Shown here one piece after another: positions 1 through 9,500 of a DNA stretch of 64,000 bases. The position numbers and the translations under genes were made by a program. Each line of letters begins with the position of its first letter. The first letter of the stretch is position 1. The stretch comes from Candidatus Dojkabacteria bacterium (GTDB lineage: Bacteria > Patescibacteriota > Dojkabacteria > B142 > WJKM01): contig WJKM01000011.1 of NCBI GenBank assembly GCA_014729085.1, forward strand, positions 46,264-110,263, read 5' to 3'. The notes under the pieces are model-generated. The model was not told the DNA's origin. It ran no database searches and saw nothing but the letters and a program-made list of their open reading frames with translations.

Positions 1-249
1 AAAAAAATAATTACCATAGATAAAAAAAGAGTTAATTTTATCTATCAGGAAAAGTATAAAATTTCTTTAGACACTGTACAAAAACTAGGGAATTTTATAG
101 AAATCGAGGCCTTACTAGGATCAGACAACATTCAAAAAACTCGTAGCGAACTTTTTAACTTAGCAAAAGAACTAGGAGTTGAGACTTCAGAACCTGATAA
201 AAATGGTTATGTTTATCTTCTTATGAAAAAAGAAGGCCTTATTAGATAA
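1..249 (+). CDS. CYTH-domain protein (class IV adenylate cyclase/triphosphate tunnel metalloenzyme), 5'-truncated by window edge
   Basis: Manual frame-1 translation KKIITIDKKRVNFIYQEKYKISLDTVQKLGNFIEIEA...GYVYLLMKKEGLIR*; K-x-R, LDxV and GxFIEIE are typical C-terminal CYTH motifs. Confidence 0.8.
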   Translation, partial: KKIITIDKKRVNFIYQEKYKISLDTVQKLGNFIEIEALLGSDNIQKTRSELFNLAKELGVETSEPDKNGYVYLLMKKEGLIR

Positions 250-266
250 TATAAATAATTAAAATT

Positions 267-809
267 GTGCATACAGAATTTGAGGCAAAAATTGTAAAAA
301 TAGATAAGACTATAATTAGAAATAAATTAAAAGAACTAGGAGCGAAACTTGTATTTTCTGAAACTAAATTTAAACGGATGATTTTTTCAAATTCATCACT
401 GAAATTACAAAACAGCTGGATTAGGCTTAGACAAGGAGCTGGAAAAACTACGCTCACAATAAAAAAATTCAATGAAAGCTCAAATATTGAATCTTTAGAA
501 GAGGAAGAAATTACAGTACAGGATTTTAACCAAACTCACTCCTTTCTTAAAAAAGTAGGTTTTGTAAAAGTAAATTATATGGAAAATTTGAGAGAAGAAT
601 GGAAAATTAACAATGTTATTTTTGATATAGATACTTGGCCTAAAATTGATCCACTCCTGGAAATAGAATCTGATAGTGAAGATAGCGTAAGAATGTATGT
701 TGAAAAGCTAGGATTCGAGTATCAAAAAGCAGTATTTGGGCCGATAAGTGTAGTGTACGAAAAAATTTATAAGTATAATTTTCAAGATTTAACAAATCTT
801 ATTATATAA
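267..809 (+). CDS. CYTH-domain protein
   Basis: N-terminal EFEAK (ExExK), WIRLR, LTIKK, REEW, DIDTWP and LLEIE motifs; GTG start. Confidence 0.85.
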   Translation: MHTEFEAKIVKIDKTIIRNKLKELGAKLVFSETKFKRMIFSNSSLKLQNSWIRLRQGAGKTTLTIKKFNESSNIESLEEEEITVQDFNQTHSFLKKVGFVKVNYMENLREEWKINNVIFDIDTWPKIDPLLEIESDSEDSVRMYVEKLGFEYQKAVFGPISVVYEKIYKYNFQDLTNLII

Positions 810-893
810 AATAAGTAATCTATTTATCTAAGGTTGCATAAGTTGTCAAAATATTACAAAATATAAAGTACCCCAATTTTTATAATTACTTGT

Positions 894-1493
894 ATGGGAG
901 AAACAAAAAAACAAATAGAAACCCTCAAAAAAAAAGTAGAAGAACTGGAGAAGGAACTCAAGGAGAACAAAAAGCTTGCTAAAAAAGCTAAAGAGGATGA
1001 AAAGAAACCTATCTATAATCTATATAGTTGGAAAGCTCCAGATAGAATTGTTGTCGAACATAGCAAAACTTGGTACACCATAGTTGTAACCATTGCTGTG
1101 ATTGGTATTTTTTATGCTTTACTAACATATAATTTTTTATTCATACTAGCTATATTAGCAATTATCTTTTTAATCTATGCTATTAATGTCGTTCCTCCGC
1201 TGGAAATGCAAAATCATATTACAAACAAAGGTGTTAGGGTTGGAGATGAATTGTATCTATGGAAAGATATTGACTACTTCTGGGTAACCGAAAGACATGA
1301 TCAACTTCTTTTAAATATTGAACTGAAAAACTACGGAGGTAGAGTAATACTTCTGGTTGGAGAAGCAGATATCAATAAAATCCTAGTCGAAATGGTTAAG
1401 CATGAAGATTATCGCGAACCTAAAGGACTTGCAAGCCTAATAAGCCGTTTAGTAGAAGGAAAACATAAAAAACTAACAGAATTCTCAAAATAG
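894..1493 (+). CDS. Hypothetical membrane protein: coiled-coil N-terminus, 2 TM, PH-like C-terminus (DUF5673-like)
   Basis: W-x-A-P motif, two hydrophobic helices, then ITNKGVRVG..LYLW..I..FW. Confidence 0.6.
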   Translation: MGETKKQIETLKKKVEELEKELKENKKLAKKAKEDEKKPIYNLYSWKAPDRIVVEHSKTWYTIVVTIAVIGIFYALLTYNFLFILAILAIIFLIYAINVVPPLEMQNHITNKGVRVGDELYLWKDIDYFWVTERHDQLLLNIELKNYGGRVILLVGEADINKILVEMVKHEDYREPKGLASLISRLVEGKHKKLTEFSK

Positions 1494-1580
1494 TCTCATT
1501 ATTTTCCCAATAATACCTCGAATGTTATAATCTCATGGCATAAAAGGCAGTATGGTTAATATTGGCAAAACCCATGGATT

Positions 1581-1654
1581 GCATCCGTAGCTCAGCTGGA
1601 TAGAGCACAACTTTGCGGAAGTTGAGGCCACAGGTTCGAATCCTGTCGGATGCA
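1581..1654 (+). tRNA. tRNA-Arg (anticodon GCG)
   Basis: Acceptor GCATCCG/CGGATGC, D arm GCTC..GAGC, anticodon stem CAACT/AGTTG with loop TTGCGGA, T arm ACAGG-TTCGAAT-CCTGT; CCA not encoded. Confidence 0.95.
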
Positions 1655-1762
1655 TTTTCAATATTCACTTCTCTCTGAATCTTTTTATCTCATAATCATT
1701 TAACAAATATCAAAATTAAACCCAATCGTTTAAAGCTTATGTTATGATTGAAATATTTGATA

Positions 1763-1849
1763 GGAAGGTTGCCGGAGCGGTCTAACGGCCAGGTCTCGAA
1801 AACCTTGGGGTGCGCAAGCGCCACGGGGGTTCAAATCCCCCACCTTCCG
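1763..1849 (+). tRNA. tRNA-Ser (anticodon CGA)
   Basis: Acceptor GGAAGGT/ACCTTCC, loop CTCGAAA, long variable arm, T arm GGGGG-TTCAAAT-CCCCC, discriminator G; CCA not encoded. Confidence 0.93.
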
Positions 1850-2072
1850 AATTTTGACCAACCTAATACTTCCACAAAATTCCCCTTAACTTTCATACAT
1901 ATAGATTCTTCTTATTTATCCATTCGTTAAAACAAAAACAAGGGTAAGCTTAAGATAAAAATAAAGGTTAGGGTTTGAATTTAGTTCAACAGATTAAACT
2001 TAAAATTTTTATAATTAATGAAATACAAATATTTCTCTGTTAAAATTAAAATATAAATTTTTCAAAACTCTG

Positions 2073-2477
2073 ATGTCAATAAAACAAACAATTTTCACTT
2101 ACCTTGCAACAACACCCATTTTTTTTGCAATTGATCTAATCTGGCTTGGATTAATAGCTAGAAACATGTATCAAAAATACATTGGACACCTAATGGCTGA
2201 TAAGGTGAATTGGGTTTCCGCAATTTTTTTCTATTTAGCATATATCTTAGGTATTATAATCTTTGCAGTAAATCCTGCAAATAAAGAAAACTCCTGGACA
2301 AAGGCGTTATTACTTGGCTCACTTTTCGGATTTTTTACATATGCTACATACGATCTAACTAATCTTGCAACTTTAAAGAATTGGCCTTTAACTATGACCA
2401 TAATTGACATAATCTGGGGGATATTTATTACCTCATTAACTGCGGTTGCAGCATTCTATATATCAAAATTTTTCTAA
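2073..2477 (+). CDS. DUF2177 family membrane protein
   Basis: IDLIWLG...Y, YATYDLTNLATLKNWP, DIIWG motifs. Confidence 0.85.
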   Translation: MSIKQTIFTYLATTPIFFAIDLIWLGLIARNMYQKYIGHLMADKVNWVSAIFFYLAYILGIIIFAVNPANKENSWTKALLLGSLFGFFTYATYDLTNLATLKNWPLTMTIIDIIWGIFITSLTAVAAFYISKFF

Positions 2478-2480
2478 GAT

Positions 2481-2969
2481 ATGAAAAAATCTAAAATTCA
2501 ATATTTGATAAAAATATTATTTTTTATAATACTTTGTCAAACAGCTGGAATCATTGGATCCATATTTACAACCCCTAATATACAACCCTGGTATTCAAAT
2601 TTAAACAAACCCTTTTTCAATCCTCCAAACTGGATATTTGGACCGGTTTGGATAATTCTTTATACATTAATGGGAATCTCTCTATATCTAATTTCTAAAA
2701 AGATTAAGAAAAATAAAAATGCTGAATCTGCAATAATCATTTTTGTAATCCATCTAGTATTTAATTCTGCGTGGTCTATTGTATTTTTTGGCCTACAAAA
2801 TCTATTTGGAGGACTGGTAGTTATTATAATTTTAAATATTTTTATATTCTATTTGATTTATATCTTTTACAAGATAAATAGAACTGCTTCATTTCTCCTA
2901 ATTCCATATTTATTATGGGTGATGTTTGCAACATTATTAAATATATCGATTTATATTCTGAATAAATAA
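2481..2969 (+). CDS. tspO: TspO/MBR family tryptophan-rich sensory protein
   Basis: WYSNLNKPFFNPPNWIFGPVWIILY, NSAWS..FF, LLIPYLLWVMFA. Confidence 0.92.
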   Translation: MKKSKIQYLIKILFFIILCQTAGIIGSIFTTPNIQPWYSNLNKPFFNPPNWIFGPVWIILYTLMGISLYLISKKIKKNKNAESAIIIFVIHLVFNSAWSIVFFGLQNLFGGLVVIIILNIFIFYLIYIFYKINRTASFLLIPYLLWVMFATLLNISIYILNK

Positions 2970-2989
2970 TTTTGTGACCTTAATTAGAC

Positions 2990-3904
2990 ATGAATCAAAG
3001 TTTTAAAATTGTAATTGCTCAAGAATTAGATTTGCTTCCAGAGCAGGAAAGAAGGATTAAAGCTCTGGGCGAAACAACTATTTACCATGACTTTGCTAGA
3101 AATGAAGATGAGTGGTTTGAAAGAGTAAAAGTTGCTGATTTTATTTGTTCGGGAAAATTCGGGCTCAAGAAAAAAATTTATGATCTTAAAGATGTAGTTC
3201 TTTCTCTACCATTTGTAGGTGTAGGTTGGATAGACAAAAATAAAATTAAAGAAAGAAATATTACCGTAACATACTGCCCTGGTTGTAACAAACATGCTGT
3301 TTCGGAATGGGTTATTGGTAATATGATTAACCTTTTTAGAAATATGATGCATTTAAACAAAATAAAAGACATGACAACCAGACAAAACGTAAGGACTTTG
3401 GGACTTTATCACAAAAAAATTTGCATACTCGGTAAGGGGAATATTGGTAAGAAGGTTGGGAAAATATCCAAAAGCCTTGGAATGAATGTCGAATATTTTA
3501 CTCGGGGAGATAATCTTAAAGAAAAAACAAAAAATTCAGATGTTGTTATTAACTGTTTAAGCCTTAATCAAACAACCAAGAATTTATTGAATAAAGATTT
3601 TTTTGATTCCTTAAAAAGAAATTCATTTTTCATTACAGTTACAAGCAAAAATATATATGATACAGATGCTATGCTAGATGCTTTAGAGAAGGGTGTCCTA
3701 GCAGGCATTGCAACTGACTGCGCCCATATTAATGTAGGAAATGCTCAAGATGAATATTACAAACAAATGATAGATAATCCGAAGATTATTGCTACTCCTC
3801 ATATTGCATCAAGAACTGATGTTACCGATAAGATTGCAAATGATATGATGATAGATAACATAGAAAACTATATAAAAGGAAACCCTATTAATATACTCGA
3901 ATAA
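2990..3904 (+). CDS. D-isomer-specific 2-hydroxyacid dehydrogenase family protein
   Basis: N..AVSE, Rossmann GKGNIG, TPHIA catalytic His motif. Confidence 0.85.
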   Translation: MNQSFKIVIAQELDLLPEQERRIKALGETTIYHDFARNEDEWFERVKVADFICSGKFGLKKKIYDLKDVVLSLPFVGVGWIDKNKIKERNITVTYCPGCNKHAVSEWVIGNMINLFRNMMHLNKIKDMTTRQNVRTLGLYHKKICILGKGNIGKKVGKISKSLGMNVEYFTRGDNLKEKTKNSDVVINCLSLNQTTKNLLNKDFFDSLKRNSFFITVTSKNIYDTDAMLDALEKGVLAGIATDCAHINVGNAQDEYYKQMIDNPKIIATPHIASRTDVTDKIANDMMIDNIENYIKGNPINILE

Positions 3905-4008
3905 AATCCAATTTAAACATTTTCCCTATCTTAGGCTTGTTATACCGCAATTTAGTAAATTCCACTTTACTAGAATTACCCTTTTCAATTCCTCTATAAT
4001 TCCGACAT

Positions 4009-4638
4009 ATGGAAACTTTTTATATTCCTTCATATTCTTTACAAAAACAGGAAACGCAAGACATACTAAGCAAACCGAATGCTGACCAGTTAGGTATTTT
4101 AGCAAATGCAAAAGAAAAACCGCTAGATCCATGGTCGCTAAATTTTTACAATGAGCTTGGCTGGCTAACCATAAGAGAACCCGACTCTTGTTTGGAAAAT
4201 CCTTTACAGCAGTCTCTCATCAGAGAACGTAAAATTGACAAAAAAACTCAATCTTGGAGACATATCGGTAAACCTCCCAATTTTATATTTTGGGACAAGG
4301 ATTTATTTCCTGGAGATCTAGCTCTAATGACCTGGAGTGCTGGTTCTGGATCGCCCAAGATACCTTTCGCAACTGCACAAATACTTCCTAGCTTACAGGT
4401 TGAATCTTATGAAAGAGATATTCTACATGCTCCCTTATCTGAACTTATTTCCATGGGCCTTCAAGGCCATGAAATTTATGGGGATGGGGGTCTTGATTCT
4501 ATGGTAGAATTCTATAGAAGATGTTATCCAGAAAGAAATATAGAATCCGAAAGTTGGTTTGCTGTATATCCATTTCAAATAGAATCTAAACTTTTAAATT
4601 CCAGACAACTATTTTCTCTATATGAACAAAATAGATAG
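4009..4638 (+). CDS. ASCH (PUA-like) domain protein
   Basis: KKTQSWR...DKDLFPGD...FATAQI...QGHE...MVEFYRRCY resembles ASCH proteins (KTxTxR, GD, C-terminal helix with YY/CY). Confidence 0.55.
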   Translation: METFYIPSYSLQKQETQDILSKPNADQLGILANAKEKPLDPWSLNFYNELGWLTIREPDSCLENPLQQSLIRERKIDKKTQSWRHIGKPPNFIFWDKDLFPGDLALMTWSAGSGSPKIPFATAQILPSLQVESYERDILHAPLSELISMGLQGHEIYGDGGLDSMVEFYRRCYPERNIESESWFAVYPFQIESKLLNSRQLFSLYEQNR

Positions 4639-5332
4639 CTTTCATCCGCTACAATTAGAAATCTTAAAAAAACTTCTATTTAATGAATCTCTAAGGTTTA
4701 GCGACATAAAGCCTGATCCAGAAATAGAAAATAGTCAATTTGTTTTTCATTTACAAAGTTTAGTCCAATCGCGACTCGTACGAAAGATTAATAGGTTATA
4801 CAAACTTACTAGGAAAGGCAAAGAACTAGCAAACAGAATAAACGAAAAATCAAATAATCTAAAATTCCAAGCAAAATTGTCTGTCATTCCTGTTTGTGCA
4901 AAAACAGAAAAAAATAATCTGAAGTATTTAATATACACACGTCAAAAACATCCTTTCTTAGGCTGTCAGGGATTTTTATCAGGAAAAGTGAGATATGGCG
5001 AAGAAGTTATTTCAGCTACAAAGAGGACCTTAAGAGAAGAGACAAATCTACAAGCAGAGGCAGAATTAATAGGAATAAAACATTATAGAGTTTATAAAAA
5101 TGATACTGGAGAACTTGTGGAAGATAAAATAATGTTTGTATGTAAAATGGCAAATATCAAAGGAATATTAAAAAATCTGAAAGAAGGAGTAAATGAATGG
5201 GTCGACTTCAGGGAACTAGAAAATTATATAAAGAAACCATTTCCTCAATTTCGAGAATTCCTTGATATATTCAACAACTATGATGGAAAAATTACATTCT
5301 CTGAACATAACCAGTATGTAGATGTTTTTTAA
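4622..5332 (+). CDS. Winged-helix + Nudix hydrolase fusion
   Basis: N-terminal wHTH (LRFSDI...FVFHLQSL...YKLTRKG); Nudix box GKVRYGEEVISATKRTLREETNL; overlaps ASCH gene. Confidence 0.8.
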   Translation: MNKIDSFHPLQLEILKKLLFNESLRFSDIKPDPEIENSQFVFHLQSLVQSRLVRKINRLYKLTRKGKELANRINEKSNNLKFQAKLSVIPVCAKTEKNNLKYLIYTRQKHPFLGCQGFLSGKVRYGEEVISATKRTLREETNLQAEAELIGIKHYRVYKNDTGELVEDKIMFVCKMANIKGILKNLKEGVNEWVDFRELENYIKKPFPQFREFLDIFNNYDGKITFSEHNQYVDVF

Positions 5333-5404
5333 GTGTAATATAATCTGCAAACCAAATGATACTAAAATCAGGACTTTATATTTTACTGAACTCTAGCTTT
5401 GAAC

Positions 5405-6502
5405 TTACTCCGAATCAGAGTAGGTTAAGTTTTGTGTGCCCCAATCTTTGATATCCACGAGAAATGGAATCCAACTATAGAATTCTCCATCTCTGTAAAC
5501 TTCACTTCTTAATAGTAAGTGATACTCATCATTTTCTATCACTTTTATAGCATCAAAGATTTGAATCTCTATAGTCTGGTAGTCATCTAAGGTATTATCA
5601 ACGCTCTGTAATATGGGATGTAACTGTCGCTTATACTTAAAATAGAGAGGATTACTTTCTATTGGTTTATACAAATGTTTAGGAAATATCATCCCGTCCT
5701 TTATCCTTTTATTTAATTCTTCTTTTGAAGCTGCATTGACAGTTTCAAATACTATATCCTCTTCAATTGTATCTTTCACTTGATATAAAGGATAATAAGT
5801 TGAATAATAAATATTAGATTCTGATGATTCAGAAATTAATATTACTTTCCCTGAAGGATAAGTTAAGTTTGGTATACCTTCATATGTAGGAAAAACATAC
5901 AAATCTAACCTATAAAGTTTTGTTTCATTTTCATCTAAACTTTGATCAAAAGGTTTTTGATTATAATATGCTTTTTCAAGATCAGCTCTAGGCAATCTAA
6001 TATTTTTCGGCGTTAATAAAAAATCGTCTTTTGCTAAATACCTATCTTTAATTTCTTCAATAGACATATAATCTTCGGATCTACTTGTAAAATCCCACTT
6101 TGAAATTATATCTTTAACTTCAGACTCAATACGCACCAATTGATCTTTGGGCATACCTTGTTTAAAAATATCGTATGATTGTATGTAAAGTATCTCATCA
6201 CTTTCAGGTACACCCTCAAATTTATCCATATTTATCTGAAAATTTTTATATGTTTTGACTAAATATTCTTGATATGGCTGTGATTTACTCGGTACGAAAG
6301 GAATCTCTTTTTCCTCCTCATTTCTTAACTCTGCTAGTTTAGTCTCGATATCATTTAATATATCCCCTCTAGTTATACTCCTTTCCTGTTTGGGTATACT
6401 CTTCCTTTTCTTTTGAATATTCCCAACCATAATTATACCGCTGGATACAAACAAAATTAGAACAAAAATACTTATAAGAATATATTTAATTTTTACTTTC
6501 AC
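5405..6502 (-). CDS. Hypothetical single-pass membrane-anchored protein
   Basis: 365-aa ORF with N-terminal TM; starts 17 bp downstream of the 2321-aa gene on the same strand. Confidence 0.7.
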   Translation of the reverse strand: MKVKIKYILISIFVLILFVSSGIIMVGNIQKKRKSIPKQERSITRGDILNDIETKLAELRNEEEKEIPFVPSKSQPYQEYLVKTYKNFQINMDKFEGVPESDEILYIQSYDIFKQGMPKDQLVRIESEVKDIISKWDFTSRSEDYMSIEEIKDRYLAKDDFLLTPKNIRLPRADLEKAYYNQKPFDQSLDENETKLYRLDLYVFPTYEGIPNLTYPSGKVILISESSESNIYYSTYYPLYQVKDTIEEDIVFETVNAASKEELNKRIKDGMIFPKHLYKPIESNPLYFKYKRQLHPILQSVDNTLDDYQTIEIQIFDAIKVIENDEYHLLLRSEVYRDGEFYSWIPFLVDIKDWGTQNLTYSDSE

Positions 6503-6519
6503 TACAATCTAAATAATAA

Positions 6520-9500
6520 TTAAATTCTACTAGAAATTTCTGCCATTGCAGATGTAAAAACCCTGTCAGACCAATCTTTGAAATAATATGCGCTAACGCC
6601 CAAATCATACCTGCTATAATATCCTCCTTTCTCGAATAATGGTTTAAACACATCATAAGCAAACTTCTGTAATCTTACATCATCTTCCCATTTCTTGTAA
6701 TCTTCACTATTTTCTTTTGAACTTAAAAATTTACTTAGTTCTTCAATATCTCCCTTATACTCTTCACAGTCTGGTGCGCCCACGTACAAACACTTTTTTG
6801 AAAATGTACTTTTATATTGTTGAATTTCAGGGATTTTAATAAAAATTTCATAATGTAGATGTGAACCCTCCGTATTCCCCGTATTGTCAGAATACGCTAT
6901 CAACTCGCCTTTCTGAACTTCTTTATATTTACTTTGCTTATATAGATTGGACGTATTAGGATCCAGATGTAAATACCTTATCTGATATTTTTCATTCATT
7001 ACATCTACATAATATGCTCCCTGAGAATCCTTTCCCCTGAAATATGCAGTGCCATTTATGGTGGATACCAGTGGTGTATTATTCTGCATACTTATATCTA
7101 TTGCCGCCTTACGTCCATGGCTTAAACACCCACCCGTTGCATTACATAACCAGTCCTGAAATAAATTAAAATTTAGCTGATATTCTTCAGGGGAATTAAT
7201 CCATTTCGTGAGCTCACTCAATTTACGTTCTTCCGTCCAATTCTTAGTTTTCTGTTCGAATTTATTTATGTAAGTTTCTTTTAGAACAGACTCGAAAACA
7301 TCAAAACTTACAGGCGACTCTGTCGATATACAGCCCTGCTCCACATCATCTTCAAATGTCCAGTCCTCAAATTCTCTTCTTGTCATATTCACATAAAATG
7401 CCATAAGATCTCTTTGTACTTGCTGGTCTGGATAAAACATAGATCCCTCCTCTTTTACTCCATAATTTCCAAGACTTTGTATATATTTATAGAACATATA
7501 ATTTCTAGGTACATCTTGAAACAATGGGCTGTTATTTTTACAGCTGTATAAATTTGTAGCTTCAATCAGTATCTTTGCAAGTTGTCCTTTTGTTATATAC
7601 TCATCCGGTTTAAAGGTGCCATCTGAATATCCTTGTATAATTTTCTTATTTCTCAATGTATAAATATGTTCGAAAAATACATGGTCTTCCGGTACATCCG
7701 GAAATCTCTTACCTTCCGTATCTATCTTTAAATTAAAAGCATTCACTATAAATTTTGCTGTCTGGCCTCTTGTTACTAATCTTTTCGGATAGAAATTCCC
7801 ATCGCTATATCCATGAATTATATTTCTTTCTATTAGTTCTTCTATATGCTCCCAATATTTATTCCCGCATACATCTAGCATGCCCTTTCTTGGTTGACAT
7901 TCTTCTGCTGATTCTGCCTCTGCCTGCTCGATTTTTCTTTCTATTTCGCGATCTTCTAGCGTCAATATCTTTTCTTTATTACTCTTTCCGGAAACCATGT
8001 ACTCATTTTCTTCAGCATACCTTATATTGTAAATAAAATTTCGGAAAAGTTCGTCTCCCTCTGCTAAATTATTAATACTATCCCATACTTTCGTCCTAGC
8101 GTAAATAGTATCCCCCACATTCAACTCATCTCCAAGTACCAACTTTTTTGCCCAATTACCGTCTTTTTCGGCCCAAGTAAAAGCATTGTTCAATTCTAAG
8201 TCCCTACCAATTCTATTTTTATAAAGCTGAATTCCAACATGATCAAGCTGCTGATAGAATCTAAACTCGCGAACTGTTTGGTCAAAATATGTCACCTTTA
8301 AATTAAACTGAGCTTGTTTATAGGTAGATACTCCATATATCCACGCTGTATCTTTTTTAGGATTTACCTGTACTTCGGTGATAATAGGGGGACTTGGTTT
8401 ACCATAGAAATACTGAAGTTTCAACTGTCCGTTTTTATCAAATTCCACACCGACTTCTACTTCAAGCGTATCAGAAACAGCTACCTCTGACCCTGTCCCA
8501 TACTCCAAATTATTCACTATTTCCTTATCATTCAAATCTTTCAAATACTTTGACTTCAGCTCGTCAATTCTCTCTTGTGCAATATTTTCCCCAAGAACAT
8601 GTAAAGGATTTCTAGCAAAATCATCCTGAGTTTCGTGTATCTCCAGATGTAAATGACAGCCTTGCTTATCAAGATTATGATCAGGGTTGCCTCTCACATA
8701 ACCAGTATTGCCAGAAAGCCCAATGAGCTGTCCTTTTGCTACTTGGTCACCTTCATTTACCCAAACCTCATTTAAATGCCAATAATGGCTTTCAAGGGTT
8801 TCGCCAGAACTATCGAACAACGAATGCGAAAGGATGACATAATTTGCAGGAGTTTGGGAAGTACTATCATTTCCCATAACAATACCCTCGGTTCCGGTCT
8901 CTTTTACAGTTCCTCCATAGACTGCCTTAACAGGAGTGTTGCAGGGAATTCCAAAATCATCTGCATAGTGAAAATCCTCTTGTCTTGGAGCGAAAGGAAA
9001 AGTCAGCTCAGAAGCATCGCCAAAAGGCATTTCAAAATCAAGCTGAGCTATTTCTTCTAAGTCCAAAGATCCTAATCTACATACATATGCTTTGTGAATA
9101 AAACCAATAGTAAGATCATCCGAAGCAATAACTTTATACCAGTCGTCAAGTTCTTTAATAATTAAAATCTTGTCGCCATTATTTATTAGTTTAGTATTAG
9201 ATACTGAAAACCCGGTATACATATCCCTACTATTCCAGTCAGAGGCCATTTTTAGAGGAATTTCATGATCTAAATTACATACTTTTGCATTTTGGTAGAG
9301 TGGCTCTTCTGGACTTTGGACAGGTATATTGTAATCCGGATTCTTGTCTACAAAAACTCCAGGGATCCATCCTCTTGTTCCATCAGAAAGTCTTATATAG
9401 TACCAAGGGTCAGTTTTCTCTGGTGTTTTCTGAAGAATCTCAAATATTTCTCCAAATCCTATCCTTGTAATTTCAGAAAATTCGAATGAAGGTCCCATCC

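Noticed and set aside
1748-1930. 60-aa ORF in the track
   Set aside because: Overlaps tRNA-Ser; spurious.
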